From an uncultured Candidatus Binatia bacterium (lineage in GTDB: Bacteria; Desulfobacterota; Binatia; UBA9968; JAJDTQ01): a stretch of 64,000 nt of DNA. Under the pieces are notes generated by a model. The model was given only the letters and a program-made list of their open reading frames with translations, had not been told where the DNA came from and did not search any database. This document shows, in pieces, positions 28,834 through 39,544 of the stretch; position 1 is the stretch's first letter, and each line of letters begins with the position of its first letter. The stretch covers positions 1,376,001 to 1,440,000 of the forward strand of contig OZ243916.1 of assembly GCA_965213675.1 (NCBI GenBank), read 5' to 3'. The translations under genes were made by a program, and so were the position numbers.

Positions 28834-30567
28834 ATGGCTGTTCGGCTCGAAACCGACGTGCTCGTGATCGGCGGCGGCATTGCCGGGGCCTTCGCGGCCT
28901 ACCGGGCGCGGGAGGCGGGGGCCCGGGTGCTGCTGGTGGACCGTTCGTACTTCGGGCGCAGCGGCTGCAGCGCGTTGGCTTCCGGCGTCTACCCCGCCTA
29001 CATGCCGGGCGACGACCGGAACGCATGGTTGCGGGCCTTCGGCGGACCGCTGGTGAACCAGCCGCTGGTGGCCCGGTCGCTTCCGGTCATGCACGAGCAT
29101 GTGCTGCTCATGGACCGCTGGGGCGTGAACTGGGTCAAGGAAGGCCGCAAGATCGTGCGCATGGGCGCGCCCGGGCGCTCCTTCGCCAACGGCGTGTGGA
29201 TGGCCGAGGGCGGGCCGCAGATGATGATGGCCGTGCGTTCCGGCGTCGCGGGCAGCGGCGTGGAGGTGCTCAACCGCGTGGCGCTGACCGAACTCTTGAC
29301 CTCCGACGGCCAGTTGCCCACAGCGGGCCGGGTGGTGGGCGCGGCCGGCTTTCACACCCGCACCGGCGAGGTGCACGCGATCATGGCCAAGACCACGGTG
29401 GTGTGCACCGGCCCCTACAAGTTCCCCTACCCCTGGCCCGGCAGCACGCTGGGCTACATGCCCATCGATCTCTCGGGCGACGGCATCGCCATGATGATGC
29501 GCGCGGGCGCGGAGCTTTCGCGGCTGGAACTCGGCGGCATCAACCTGAACCCCGACAACGCGCTCTCCGCTCCCGGCCTGGAATCGCTGATGCCGTCGGG
29601 GGCGAAATGGGTGGACCAGGACGGCCGGCGCTTCCTGGAGGACTACGATCCCAAGCGCATGGAGATGACCCAACGGGCGATGCTCTATTTTGCCATCGCC
29701 CATCAGAAGGAGCTGGGCCGAGTGCCCTCCATGGACCTGCGGGAGGTGCCGCCGGAGCGGATGCAACTCATCCGGCGGGTCATCCCCATCGTGGTCCAGA
29801 ACCAGGAAGCCATGGTGGGCGACCTCACGGAAACGCCGGTGCCCTACACCTATCAAGTGGCCGGCACCAGCGGCATCTTTGGCGCGGGCGCGCGGGTGAC
29901 GGAACGAGGGGAGACCACGGTGCCGGGACTCTACGCCGCTGGCACCTGCACCGACATGACGTACCTGCCGGGCGGCAATCTGCCCTTCTGCTCCGTTACC
30001 GGCGACTGGACCGGCACCGCCGTGGGCAAGGCCGTGGAATCGGTGGAGTCCCCCACCGTGCCGGCGGCGCAGGTGGAACGGGTGACGGCGCGGATCGTCG
30101 AGCCGCTCCAGCGCCGGAACGGTATCGCCTTCGAACCGGTCCACCGCCGGCTCGGTGAGATGCTGATGGAGAAGGTCGGGCTCGTGCTCCACGCCGACCG
30201 CTTGGACGCCGCCTTGGCCGAACTCCGCGACATGCGCGCTCATCAGGTGCCGCGGCTCACCGCGCGCAACCCTCACGAACTCGCCAAAGTCTGGGGCCTC
30301 GACCAGTATACGCAGGTACTGGAGGCGACGCTCCGAGCCTACCGCCACCGCACCGAAAGCCGCGTGGCCTTCATCCGCGAGGACTACCCGGTGATAGACA
30401 ACGTCAACTGGGTGAAGATGGTGGTGGTGAAGCAAGAGAACGGCGCCCTCAGGCTGTGGGACGAACCCCTGCCCGAGTCCTGGCACGACCCCCATCCGGT
30501 GCGGCCCACGCAAAACCCGCATCTCGTTTTCCGCAACCGCGAGGAGGCCCCCGGTGCCGCGCGTTGA
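28834..30567 (+). CDS. FAD-dependent oxidoreductase, SdhA/AprA/NadB flavoprotein family
   Basis: DVLVIGGGIAG, SGDGIAM, TVPGLYAAG, RTESR...REDYP. Confidence 0.85.
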   Translation: MAVRLETDVLVIGGGIAGAFAAYRAREAGARVLLVDRSYFGRSGCSALASGVYPAYMPGDDRNAWLRAFGGPLVNQPLVARSLPVMHEHVLLMDRWGVNWVKEGRKIVRMGAPGRSFANGVWMAEGGPQMMMAVRSGVAGSGVEVLNRVALTELLTSDGQLPTAGRVVGAAGFHTRTGEVHAIMAKTTVVCTGPYKFPYPWPGSTLGYMPIDLSGDGIAMMMRAGAELSRLELGGINLNPDNALSAPGLESLMPSGAKWVDQDGRRFLEDYDPKRMEMTQRAMLYFAIAHQKELGRVPSMDLREVPPERMQLIRRVIPIVVQNQEAMVGDLTETPVPYTYQVAGTSGIFGAGARVTERGETTVPGLYAAGTCTDMTYLPGGNLPFCSVTGDWTGTAVGKAVESVESPTVPAAQVERVTARIVEPLQRRNGIAFEPVHRRLGEMLMEKVGLVLHADRLDAALAELRDMRAHQVPRLTARNPHELAKVWGLDQYTQVLEATLRAYRHRTESRVAFIREDYPVIDNVNWVKMVVVKQENGALRLWDEPLPESWHDPHPVRPTQNPHLVFRNREEAPGAAR

Positions 30568-30745
30568 AGTCAACCCACAGGCGTGCACCGGCTGCGGCGT
30601 CTGCGTCGACACCTGCCCCACCGACGTCCTGCGCCTCGATCCACAACGGAAGGCATCCATGGCCTATCCCGCGGACTGCCAAGGCTGCTTCGTGTGCCAG
30701 TGGGACTGCGCCTACGGCGCCATCCGCGTCGTGGTGAAGGACTAG
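30554..30745 (+). CDS. 2x[4Fe-4S] ferredoxin
   Basis: CTGCGVCVDTCP and CQGCFVCQWDC; GAGGAGG RBS. Confidence 0.92.
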   Translation: MPRVEVNPQACTGCGVCVDTCPTDVLRLDPQRKASMAYPADCQGCFVCQWDCAYGAIRVVVKD

Positions 30746-30829
30746 TGTGGTGTCTCAAGTATAGGCAGGAGCCTGTCCGCTTTGGTGGGGCGACCCGCGC
30801 TGGCCCCAGGCGCAGGCCGGCGCCGCTCT

Positions 30830-32437
30830 TCAGGCCGCGCTGCCCACACGTTCCCGCAGCGCCCGCTTGTCCACCTTGTCGCCCGACGCCACCTTGGGGA
30901 ACGCGTCCATCAGTTCCAGCCGATCAGGACGCTTGAAGGAGGCCAGTCCCTGGTCAAGGAGGAAGGCGGTCACCTCTTCCAGCGTCAACGCGGCGCCGTT
31001 CTCGGTAATTACGCACGCCGCGATGCGCTCGCCCATCTCCGGGTCGTCGTAGCCCACCACCGCAGCCTCGCGCACCTTGGGGTGGCGCGCCAGCAGGTTC
31101 TCGATGTCGGCCGGAAAGATATTCTGTCCGCCGCGGATGATGAGGTCCTGATCCCGGCCCATGAGGTAGATGTTGCCCGCGTCGTCCATGCGCCCCCACT
31201 CCTCCAGGTCCAGGAAGCCGTCGGCGCGCCGGCGCGCATTGAGGTCGGGGTTGTCAAGAAAGCGCGCGTCCGAGGGCAGCCCACGGACCCATAGACGGCC
31301 GGTGACGCCGCGTGGAACCTCGTGGCCCCTCGCGTCCAGGATGCGCATCTCGTTGCCTTCGAGAGGGCGACCCACGGAACCGATGCGAACGTCGGCCGGG
31401 TCGTCCCACGAGGTGGCGCACAGGCCGCCGCAGTCCACGCTGCCGTAGCCCTGCATGATGCGGCAGCCCAGCCGCGCCTCGGCCGCCCTTCCGATCTCGT
31501 GGGGCAGTGGAGAACCGTGGCTCACGACGATGCGCAGGGAATCCAGGTCATGACCCCCCAGATCGGGCAGCGCCAGCAGGCGGGAGATCATGGTCGGAAC
31601 CATGGGCAGGACGTTCACCCGTTCCCGCGCCACGGTCTCGCAGGTGAGGCGCGGGTCGAAGTGGTCCAGCAGCACCACCCGCGCCCCGGCTTCGCACACA
31701 CCGTTGTACACAAGCCCGTCCGCCACCCCGGAAATGATGGTCGTGACCGCGCACAGGGTGTCGCCGGGTCCGACCCGGAACCGTTGGAGGTGGCGCCACC
31801 CGGTCAGGAGGCGCGTGTAGAGCGGCACCGCCGCGCACTTGGGAGTACCGGTGGAGCCGCTGGTGGTGGCGAGTTGGCACACATCCTCCACGCCGTAGCG
31901 CGTGGCGGCAAGGCGCCGCCGGCCCTCGTCCGTCACAGGCTGGGAAAGGGCGTCCTCCAGCGGCAGGCAGCCAGCGGGCGCTTCGTCCCACGCCGCCAGC
32001 ACGTGGCGCAACTCCGGGACCCGCACCTGATCGAGAAGGCCGGCGTGGTGGAAGCCCCGCCAAGCGGCAGGAATGATGGCGACTTCGGGCCGGGTAAAGC
32101 CCACGATGGCTTCCAACTCCGCGCGCCGCAGGCTCGGCGCCACGGTCACGAGCTTGAGACCCGCCTTCTCGCACGCCAGGCGGGCCAGAAAAAGCTCCGC
32201 CGAGTTGGGCATCTGGATGAGAACGCGGCCGTCCCGCCGAAGGCCCAGGTCCAGCAGCGCCAGCGCCAAGGCGTCGGACCACTCCGCCACCTGGCTCCAG
32301 GTGAGACGCCGCCGCACGTCCACCAGCGCCTCCCTGGAGGCGAAACGGCGGGCGTTGCCGTCGCAAAAGTCGGCCGCGGTCTTGAGCGGCATATGGCGCG
32401 AGACCGCGTCCCGCAGAGCCGCGCGCGGGTCCAACAT
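30830..32437 (-). CDS. AMP-dependent acyl-CoA synthetase/ligase
   Basis: TSGSTGTPK, QGYGSVD, GRDQDLIIRGGQNI, KVDKRAL. Confidence 0.9.
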   Translation of the reverse strand: MLDPRAALRDAVSRHMPLKTAADFCDGNARRFASREALVDVRRRLTWSQVAEWSDALALALLDLGLRRDGRVLIQMPNSAELFLARLACEKAGLKLVTVAPSLRRAELEAIVGFTRPEVAIIPAAWRGFHHAGLLDQVRVPELRHVLAAWDEAPAGCLPLEDALSQPVTDEGRRRLAATRYGVEDVCQLATTSGSTGTPKCAAVPLYTRLLTGWRHLQRFRVGPGDTLCAVTTIISGVADGLVYNGVCEAGARVVLLDHFDPRLTCETVARERVNVLPMVPTMISRLLALPDLGGHDLDSLRIVVSHGSPLPHEIGRAAEARLGCRIMQGYGSVDCGGLCATSWDDPADVRIGSVGRPLEGNEMRILDARGHEVPRGVTGRLWVRGLPSDARFLDNPDLNARRRADGFLDLEEWGRMDDAGNIYLMGRDQDLIIRGGQNIFPADIENLLARHPKVREAAVVGYDDPEMGERIAACVITENGAALTLEEVTAFLLDQGLASFKRPDRLELMDAFPKVASGDKVDKRALRERVGSAA

Positions 32438-32537
32438 GGGCTGTCCTCCGGTCCGGCGCGCGGCGGCGCTCCCGTCCACAAGGGGGCATACGCTTCGGTG
32501 TCCGCCCCCGTGCGGGCGCGTGCCTCGCCGCCCCGCG

Positions 32538-33353
32538 TCAAGGGGAATAGGGGCCGAGGAACCGCTTGGCGGCCCTTCGTTCCTCAATGCACTTGCGGTA
32601 CTTCCAGCCCTGACTCAGGAAGTCGAAGAGTCCGCCCTCCTGTTTGGGATTCAGCGTGTCCAGCAATCCGAGAGCCTTGTGGGTTGGGGGGCTCATGGCC
32701 CAGAGACGTTCGGGGAGCTGCACCCGGGGTCCTGACAGTTCGAGCGTCCGCCCGTTCGTCCGGTTGCGCAGAATGAGCGCCAACTCGAACTCGTCCCGCG
32801 GCCGCTCCCTGGTCCGATCCGGCACCTCGAAGGCCAGCTCCGGGCCGTGGTGGTAGAAGCGGTCGGCGCCCTTCCGCTCGTCGCCGGGTTCCACGAACGT
32901 GATCCAGTCCAGGGTTCCAGACCCGCCGGTGCGGAATCCAATCTTGCCCACCCCGTCCTCGACGTACGTGTCGGCTTCCGGTCCTTCCACCGCCGCGCCA
33001 GCACCACGAGTCACGAGACGCATCGTGAACGGCGCATCACGCCAGCCGTGGGGCGCGTCAAGCTTCAGCCGCTGCAGCCGCACGTCGATGTGCAGCGTCC
33101 TTCCACCCATCCCCCGGTATCCCGCCCGCACCGCCACCACGGCCCGCGCCCGGCCGCCGGTGGACTCCATCCGGGCGTATGCCTTGACCCGGTGCGGTTC
33201 CTCGTTCGCGCACATCCGGCTGAAGACGACGCGCCCGCCGGGCGGATGAAGCATCGGTTCCGGAGCGGTGACGGGTTCGGTGACCTGCGCGCCGCAGGCC
33301 GTGCTTGCCAAAAGAAGCACCAGCATCGCCGCCCGGCACAGCTTGTTGCTCAT
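32538..33353 (-). CDS. Hypothetical lipoprotein
   Basis: AGGAAGG RBS; MSNKLCRAAMLVLLLASTA-C lipobox-like; no family recognised. Confidence 0.6.
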   Translation of the reverse strand: MSNKLCRAAMLVLLLASTACGAQVTEPVTAPEPMLHPPGGRVVFSRMCANEEPHRVKAYARMESTGGRARAVVAVRAGYRGMGGRTLHIDVRLQRLKLDAPHGWRDAPFTMRLVTRGAGAAVEGPEADTYVEDGVGKIGFRTGGSGTLDWITFVEPGDERKGADRFYHHGPELAFEVPDRTRERPRDEFELALILRNRTNGRTLELSGPRVQLPERLWAMSPPTHKALGLLDTLNPKQEGGLFDFLSQGWKYRKCIEERRAAKRFLGPYSP

Positions 33354-33540
33354 CGGCGAACCTTCCTCGGTCTTCATCCTCGGAGCCCGCGCCGCGAGAT
33401 CCGTGACCCGACGTTCTCCCTCCAGCGCCACCGCCGGTCGCCCTTGCCCTCGACCGGGTGTGGCGTTTCGCTCCGGCTCGCCCTGAATTCCCCGTACCCG
33501 AATATCAAGCGGGGGTTGGACGTGCAACGTTTTGACCGAG

Positions 33541-33699
33541 GAGGCTGTCGGGTTTATCGAATCGTAGCGAGAGGCAGAGAAATGGAGGCCAGTTTCGGGC
33601 GGATTTGAGGAGAATATTGGTAATATTGGACGAAAATCCAACCGGAAATGGACCCATTTCCCTGCCTCGCAGCAGATTCTTGATAAGCCCGACAGGCTC
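33541..33699. mobile_element. MITE, 159 bp (inverted copy of 19107-19265)
   Basis: Reverse complement matches the 19107 copy with few substitutions. Confidence 0.85.
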
Positions 33700-33964
33700 C
33701 TGGGGATAGGTGGTCCCGACGAACGAGCCAGGTTGGCAGCGCGATTCGCCTGCCTCGCCGCCGGCTCTGCCGGAACAGCAGGACATGTTAAACAGAACCC
33801 TGGCGGCACGATCCATTACCGCGGAATACACATTGTCTTCGCCGCCCAACTGTCCGACGATGTGGGACCATCGCATCTGTCCGCCCATGATCCACAAGGG
33901 TCATCGGCACGTGAAGCGCAAATCCGTCGCAGAGAAGCGGCGGGCGAACAAGGAGACGAATCGC

Positions 33965-35053
33965 ATGGTGATGATCATCAACGAGGAGGAGGCCAGGGAA
34001 CTGCTCGCCATGGACGAGTGCCTCGACCTCATGGAGGACGTGTTCCGCGAGATCGGGCGCGGCAACGGGGTCAACCCGCCGCGGCTTCGCTACTCCTGCC
34101 CCACTCCCGATCCGCGGGCGAACTACTTTGCCAACATTCACGCCGGCGCGCTGCCCAAGTACGGGGTGGCCGCGGTGCGCCTCAACTCCCGGCTCACCGA
34201 AGAAAAGGACGACGAGACCCGCCGGGTGGAATTCAAGCACCCGACGCGCCGCTACTGGGGGCAGTTTCTGATCTACAGTCTGGAGACCGCCGAGTTACTG
34301 GCGATCATCGTGGACGGCACCATTTCTCCCCTGCGGGTCGGCGCCACCAGCGGCGCCGCGGTCCGGTTGCTGGCGCGGCCGGACTCCCGCGTGGCCGGAC
34401 TCTTCGGCACCGGCCACCAGGCGGAACTGCACGCCCGGGCCCTGGCGGCCGCCCTGCCCCTCCAGCGCCTCAAGGTGTACAGCCCGTCGCGCGCGCACCG
34501 GGAGGAGTTCTGCGCCCGCTTTGGCGACGAACTGGGCATCCCCGTCACCGCCGCCTCCGAACCCGGCGAGGTGGTGCAGAGGTCCGACGTGATCTGTTGC
34601 GCCACCAACTCCTCGGCCCCGGTCTTTGACGGCGGAGACCTGGAACCGGGACAGACCGTGGTGTCCATCGTCAACAGCGACGTGGTGTTCGAGCGTCACG
34701 AAGTGGACCGGGAAACCATCCGGCGCAGCGACCTCATCGTGGTCAACGGGCGCGAGAGCGTCCACGCCAACCGCCAGAAGGAGCTACTGGACCCCATCGA
34801 AGCCGGCGAGACCTCCTGGGACAAAGTCGTGGAGCTGGGCGAAGTGGTGAACCAGGCCGCCCCCGGCCGGCGGGACCCCTCGGACATCATCTACTACAAG
34901 AACAACTCCGGCATGGCGATCCAGTTCGCGGCCGTGGGCAAGCTGGTGCTGGACAAGGCCCGGGCCACCGGGGTGGGGCGGGAACTGCCGGCCGAGTGGT
35001 TCTCCGTCGATCTCGAACCCTGGTTCGCCAGGGGATACTCGCCCGCGTCGTGA
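33965..35053 (+). CDS. Ornithine cyclodeaminase/mu-crystallin family protein
   Basis: LRVGATSG, GLFGTGHQA, DVICCATNS, YKNNSGMAIQFAA. Confidence 0.9.
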   Translation: MVMIINEEEARELLAMDECLDLMEDVFREIGRGNGVNPPRLRYSCPTPDPRANYFANIHAGALPKYGVAAVRLNSRLTEEKDDETRRVEFKHPTRRYWGQFLIYSLETAELLAIIVDGTISPLRVGATSGAAVRLLARPDSRVAGLFGTGHQAELHARALAAALPLQRLKVYSPSRAHREEFCARFGDELGIPVTAASEPGEVVQRSDVICCATNSSAPVFDGGDLEPGQTVVSIVNSDVVFERHEVDRETIRRSDLIVVNGRESVHANRQKELLDPIEAGETSWDKVVELGEVVNQAAPGRRDPSDIIYYKNNSGMAIQFAAVGKLVLDKARATGVGRELPAEWFSVDLEPWFARGYSPAS

Positions 35054-35057
35054 ACTC

Positions 35058-36170
35058 ATGACCGAGGCCATGACCGGCGCCGACCTTGCCAGGCTGGCCG
35101 GCCGCATCAAGACATGGGGGCGGGAACTGGGCTTCCAGCAGGTGGGGATCACCGGCGTGGACCTGAACGCGGACGAGGCGTTGCTGGAACGCTGGCTGGC
35201 CGAGGGGCGCCACGGCGAGATGGGCTACATGGCGCGGCACGGCGTGCGCCGCTCGCGGCCGGCGGAACTCGTGCCGGGCACGGCGCGCGTCATCTGCGCG
35301 CGCATGGACTATCTCCCGGGAGACGGCGCGGAGCCGTGGCGGGTGCTGCGCGACGGCCGTCTCGGATACGTTTCCCGCTACGCCCTGGGACGGGACTACC
35401 ACCGGCTCTTGCGGAAACGCCTGCAGGCGCTGGCGCACCGGGTGGCGGCGTCGGTAGGTCCCTTCGGCTACCGTGTGTTCACCGACAGCGCACCGGTACT
35501 GGAGAAACCCCTGGCCCGCAACGCCGGCCTCGGCTGGATCGGCAAGCACACCAATCTCATCCACGCCGGCGCCGGCTCCTGGTTCTTCCTGGGCGAGATC
35601 TACACGGACCTGGCGCTCCCCGTGGACCATGAAGCGCCGGACCGCTGCGGCACCTGCCGCGCATGCATGGACGTGTGCCCCACGGGCGCCATCACCGGGC
35701 CGTATCAACTGGACGCGCGCCGGTGCATTTCCTACCTCACCATCGAGCTCCGCGGCCCCATCCCGGTGGAACTCCGCCCGCTCATGGGGAACCGCGTCTA
35801 CGGCTGTGACGACTGCCAGCTTGTCTGCCCCTGGAACCGCTACGCGCGCTTCACCCGCGAGGACGGCTTCCGGCCCCGGCACGGGCTGGACGCACCGGCT
35901 CTGCTGGAACTGTTCGGTTGGAGCGAAGCGGATTTCCTGCGGCGCACCGAAGGCAGCGCCATTCGCCGCATTGGCCACGTGTGCTGGCTGCGCAACGTCG
36001 CCGTGGCATTGGGCAACGCGCCCTCCGACCCGCGCATCGTGGACGCGTTGCGCAAACGGCGCGAGCACCCGTCCCCGCTCGTGCGGGAACACGTGGCATG
36101 GGCGCTGGAGCGGCAGGAGCGCCAGCGGAACGCGCGCCCGGGGACGGCGGGTCAGGACGGGGGCGCCTGA
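35058..36170 (+). CDS. queG: tRNA epoxyqueuosine(34) reductase
   Basis: [53 protein letters not shown]. Confidence 0.96.
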   Translation: MTEAMTGADLARLAGRIKTWGRELGFQQVGITGVDLNADEALLERWLAEGRHGEMGYMARHGVRRSRPAELVPGTARVICARMDYLPGDGAEPWRVLRDGRLGYVSRYALGRDYHRLLRKRLQALAHRVAASVGPFGYRVFTDSAPVLEKPLARNAGLGWIGKHTNLIHAGAGSWFFLGEIYTDLALPVDHEAPDRCGTCRACMDVCPTGAITGPYQLDARRCISYLTIELRGPIPVELRPLMGNRVYGCDDCQLVCPWNRYARFTREDGFRPRHGLDAPALLELFGWSEADFLRRTEGSAIRRIGHVCWLRNVAVALGNAPSDPRIVDALRKRREHPSPLVREHVAWALERQERQRNARPGTAGQDGGA

Positions 36171-36350
36171 AAGACCTTCCCGTCGTCGAGTCGCAGGGCG
36201 GTCAACGACCCGCCCCATACGCAGCCGCTGTCGAGGCACACCATGCCGTTCTCGCGGTGAAACCCCAAGGCCGCCCAATGCCCGAACAGCACCGTCTCCC
36301 CGCGCGCGTGCCGGCGCCAAGTGAACCAGGGGCGGCAGCCCGCGGGCGCA
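36152..36350 (-). pseudogene. apaH: 3' fragment of apaH
   Basis: RPWFTW...[10 protein letters not shown]...[19 protein letters not shown]; homologous to the end of 39566..40378. Confidence 0.85.
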
Positions 36351-36384
36351 AGCCCATCTCCCGGGCGAGGGCCGCGGCTCGCGG

Positions 36385-36789
36385 CTAGTCGTGACCGGGC
36401 AAATCCGTGAACAGCGTCAGGCTCGCGCCCTGAGGGTCCTGTATGACGCAGAACCGTCCCACGCCGGGTATGTCCTTCGGCGGCACGATGATCTTCCCGC
36501 CGAGTTCCCCCACGCGGATGGCGGATGCGTCCACGTCGTCCACGTTCACGTACGCTCCCCAACACGGCGGCATCCCCTGGGCCTGGGCCGGCACCGCCAT
36601 GATGCCCCCGATCCCGGTTCCCTCCACCTTCACAAGATTGTATTCGAGATCCTGGCCGTTATCGAAACACTCGTGAACCACAGTTTCCGTGGTCCACCCC
36701 AAAAGCTCGGTATAGAATCTCTTTGCGCCGTCCACGTCCGTGGTCAGAAGCTCGCACCAGTTGAAGGTTCCATGTTTTGAAGTGCTCAT
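36385..36789 (-). CDS. VOC/glyoxalase family protein
   Basis: [41 protein letters not shown]. Confidence 0.9.
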   Translation of the reverse strand: MSTSKHGTFNWCELLTTDVDGAKRFYTELLGWTTETVVHECFDNGQDLEYNLVKVEGTGIGGIMAVPAQAQGMPPCWGAYVNVDDVDASAIRVGELGGKIIVPPKDIPGVGRFCVIQDPQGASLTLFTDLPGHD

Positions 36790-36985
36790 TCGTGTTCCTT
36801 TCGTCTTCCCGTTACGCGGGAATGCCCGCAAACTTGCTACTACGTCATATGACAGCGGCGGTGCGGGTTGGCAACCATGCCGTCCCCGACGCGCTGTGGA
36901 CCGCGTTGCCGGTACGTAGTACGTTGGACACCCATTCACCGGCTCAAGCGTTCGGCAAGCACTGAGCACTTGTTGCCGACAGGTT

Positions 36986-37019
36986 GGCGCCCTTCGTCCC
37001 GAGCGTAGCGAAGGGCGCC
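36986..37019. repeat. REP-like hairpin (CCCTTCG...CGAAGGG type)
   Basis: GGCGCCCTTCG-TCCCGAGCGTAG-CGAAGGGCGCC; similar GTTCGTC...GAGC motifs near 46720 and 61351. Confidence 0.5.
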
Positions 37020-37064
37020 GTCTCAATGGATTGAAGTTCCGGCAAAATTCTACGGCGGTATTCC

Positions 37065-37811
37065 ATGCTCAAACTCTACCATTGGTGGAGTTCCACCTGC
37101 TCGCGGCGCGTGCGCATTGCCCTGGCGGCGAAACAACTCGCCTGGGAGAGCGTCTACGTCAACCTGGCGAAGTTCGAGAACCTCGAGCCCTGGTACGTCG
37201 AGATGAACCCCAACGGGGTGGTGCCGACGCTGGTGCACGACGGCCGCATCGTCATCGAGTCCAACTTCATTCTGGAGTACCTCGACGACGTATTCCCCGA
37301 AGTGCCGCTACGCCCCGAAGATCCCTACGAACGCGCGCACATGCGCATATGGATGGATCGCTTCGAGCACGAACTGCACCGCAACGTGAACATCATCTCC
37401 TTCATCAAGCAGGGTCGCATCAAGCGCTACGCGCACCTGTCCGAGGAAGAGCGCGAGGCCGCGGTCATGCAGCAGCCCACCGAACCGAAGCGCGCCCTGT
37501 TGCGGGACCGGCTCCGAAACGGCATCTCCGAGGAGCAGATGGCCTACGCGGAGGCGCGGCTGGCCGAGATCCTGGACGACGTGGAAAACGCGCTTCAGGG
37601 GCGTCCCTGGCTCAACGGCGAACGCATGTCGCTGGCGGACTGCTCCATCGCTCCGTTCATCGAACGCTTTGAAGCCAACGGGCTGGAGCGGCTGGTGGAC
37701 TGGGATGCGCGCCCGGCAGTGGGCGCGTGGTGGGCGCGGATGCAGGCCACGGAAGCCTGGCAGACGGCCCATTCCTTCAAGGCTCCTGGGAGCGTTCCGA
37801 AAATCGACTGA
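37065..37811 (+). CDS. Glutathione S-transferase family protein
   Basis: STCSRRVR, NPNGVVPTL, IESNFILEYLD, SLADC. Confidence 0.93.
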   Translation: MLKLYHWWSSTCSRRVRIALAAKQLAWESVYVNLAKFENLEPWYVEMNPNGVVPTLVHDGRIVIESNFILEYLDDVFPEVPLRPEDPYERAHMRIWMDRFEHELHRNVNIISFIKQGRIKRYAHLSEEEREAAVMQQPTEPKRALLRDRLRNGISEEQMAYAEARLAEILDDVENALQGRPWLNGERMSLADCSIAPFIERFEANGLERLVDWDARPAVGAWWARMQATEAWQTAHSFKAPGSVPKID

Positions 37812-37931
37812 CTTGAGTCACCGTGGGCTTGACCCGGGGTCTTCCCCGCGGGGCGACCGCCAGGGCGACCGCCGGTCGCCCATACAGGTCCTCGGCCTTG
37901 CCGGCGACAAAATCCTCCACACCTGAGTCCA
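37781..37931 (+). repeat. ~150-bp composite REP-containing repeat, copy 1
   Basis: Near-identical to 41614-41765; contains GGGCGACCGCCGGTCGCCC and GGGCTTGACCC hairpins. Confidence 0.85.
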
Positions 37932-37937
37932 GGTATT

Positions 37938-38248
37938 ACCGCTACGCGCGGTTCACGGCCGAGGCCGGTTTCGTGGCCCGGCACGGCCTGGACGCGCCGG
38001 CGTTGCTGGAGGTCTTTCGCTGGAGTGAGGCCGACTTCCTGCGCATTATGCGCGGGAGCGCCATCCGCCGCATCGGCTATGCCTGCTGGCTGCGGAACGT
38101 GGCGGTGGCCTTGGGCAACGCTCCCTACGACCCCCGGGTGGTCCGGGGATTGCAGGAGCGCGGCGACGACCCGTTGCCGCTGGTGAGGGAACACGTGGCG
38201 TGGGCACTGGAACAGCAGCGCCGCAACCAGTCGGGGCCCCGGCGCTAG
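37938..38248 (+). pseudogene. queG: 3' fragment of queG
   Basis: RYARFTAEAGF...[19 protein letters not shown]...[10 protein letters not shown]; diverged copy of the queG C-terminus. Confidence 0.88.
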
Positions 38249-39544
38249 CAGGCCGTGGAAAAACGCCTAGATTTGAGCGTTTGTGAGTGATTCGATGGAA
38301 AATCCGGCTTCAGGGCATCGAGATAGACTTGTTTCACCGGCCATTTCAGGCCAGCGGGCGCGGCGCAGACGCACTGAGGCCATGGACGCATGCTCAACCC
38401 CCGACTCCCAAGGTGCGCAGTCGTACCAGGTTGTAGGCGGCGAAGGTGAGGGTAAACTGGAAGTCGACCTTGGCCAAGCCCCGGTGCTTGAGTTTGCGCA
38501 TGCCTCCGATGGTCTTGGCCCAGCCGAAGCCTTCCTCGATCCGTTTGCGGATGCGCTGGCTCACTGCGTAACCACCGTGACGGGTGGTGCGCCGGTCAAT
38601 GGCGGAACGCCGGTGGGTATCGTTCTGGGCCACATGCGGACTGACGTTGGCGCAGCGCAGTCCCTCCACAAAGTCTTTTGTATCGTATCCCTTGTCTGCC
38701 CCGAGGGTGAGCCGATCCGTGCCGGGACGCGCCGTCATCATCGCCAGGCCCGCCTCGCGCTCAGCCCGTCCGCCGGCTTCGGTGGTACGGGTATCGACGA
38801 TCAGTCCATGGCGGTTATCCATCAACGCATGGCCCAGGTAGCACAGCTTCGCTTCCTGCCCTTGGCCCTTGCGGTACAGCCGTGCCTGTGGATCGGTGCC
38901 CGACTGGTGGGTCGCATTGCTGCGCTTCTCGCCGTGGAAGTCCGCCTCGGCGTTGCGTCCACCGCCACCGCGCCGTCCGCCTCCATCTTTCGGCCGGAAC
39001 GACTTCATCGACGCCCACGCCTCCAGCAACGTCCCGTCCACGCTGAAGTGTTCATCCGACAAAAGGCGTCCTTCACGGGCCTGACCCAGCACTTGCCCAA
39101 AAAAGGCCCGCGCGATGTCCGACCCGATCAACCGCTCCCGGTTCTTGGTGAACGTCGAGTGGTCCCACACCGGATCGTCCATCGACAGTCCCACAAACCA
39201 CCTGAACAGCAAGTTGTAGTCCAGTTGCTCCACCAACAACCGTTCGCTACGGATCGAGTAAAGTACCTGAAGCAGCAACGCCCGCAGCAACTGCTCCGGC
39301 GCGATCGAAGGCCGCCCCGTGTGCGAGTACATCTCCTCAAACTCCCGCGTCAGTCCTTCAAGCGCCCTGTTCACCATTTTCCGTATCGCTCGCAACGGAT
39401 GGTCCGCTGGCACTCGCGCCTCCGGCGACACATAACTGAACATCCCTTCCTGACGCGGATCTGTTCCTCTCATCGTTTACTCCCTGTCCTTACGAATAGG
39501 ATACTTACTGTTATCCGCGTCAGGCGGAGTTTTTCAACAACCTG
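38249..39544 (-). mobile_element. Complete IS5-family insertion sequence (1296 bp)
   Basis: TIRs CAGGCCGTGGAAAAACGCC / rc CAGGTTGTTGAAAAACTCC; CTAG target duplication at 38245-38248 and 39545-39548. Confidence 0.9.
38394..39473 (-). CDS. IS5-family DDE transposase
   Basis: GRPSIAPEQLLRALLLQ, SVDGTL, LGADKGYD, RKRIEEGFGW. Confidence 0.93.
   Translation of the reverse strand: MRGTDPRQEGMFSYVSPEARVPADHPLRAIRKMVNRALEGLTREFEEMYSHTGRPSIAPEQLLRALLLQVLYSIRSERLLVEQLDYNLLFRWFVGLSMDDPVWDHSTFTKNRERLIGSDIARAFFGQVLGQAREGRLLSDEHFSVDGTLLEAWASMKSFRPKDGGGRRGGGGRNAEADFHGEKRSNATHQSGTDPQARLYRKGQGQEAKLCYLGHALMDNRHGLIVDTRTTEAGGRAEREAGLAMMTARPGTDRLTLGADKGYDTKDFVEGLRCANVSPHVAQNDTHRRSAIDRRTTRHGGYAVSQRIRKRIEEGFGWAKTIGGMRKLKHRGLAKVDFQFTLTFAAYNLVRLRTLGVGG

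Noticed and set aside
28834-30745. aprAB or sdhAB gene symbols
   Set aside because: No AprB tail, no SdhB/C/D and no sulfur-metabolism context
32538-33964. Long N-terminal extensions of ORFs 32538..33809 and 33710..35053
   Set aside because: They read through the MITE/intergenic DNA; RBS-supported starts are at 33353 and 33965
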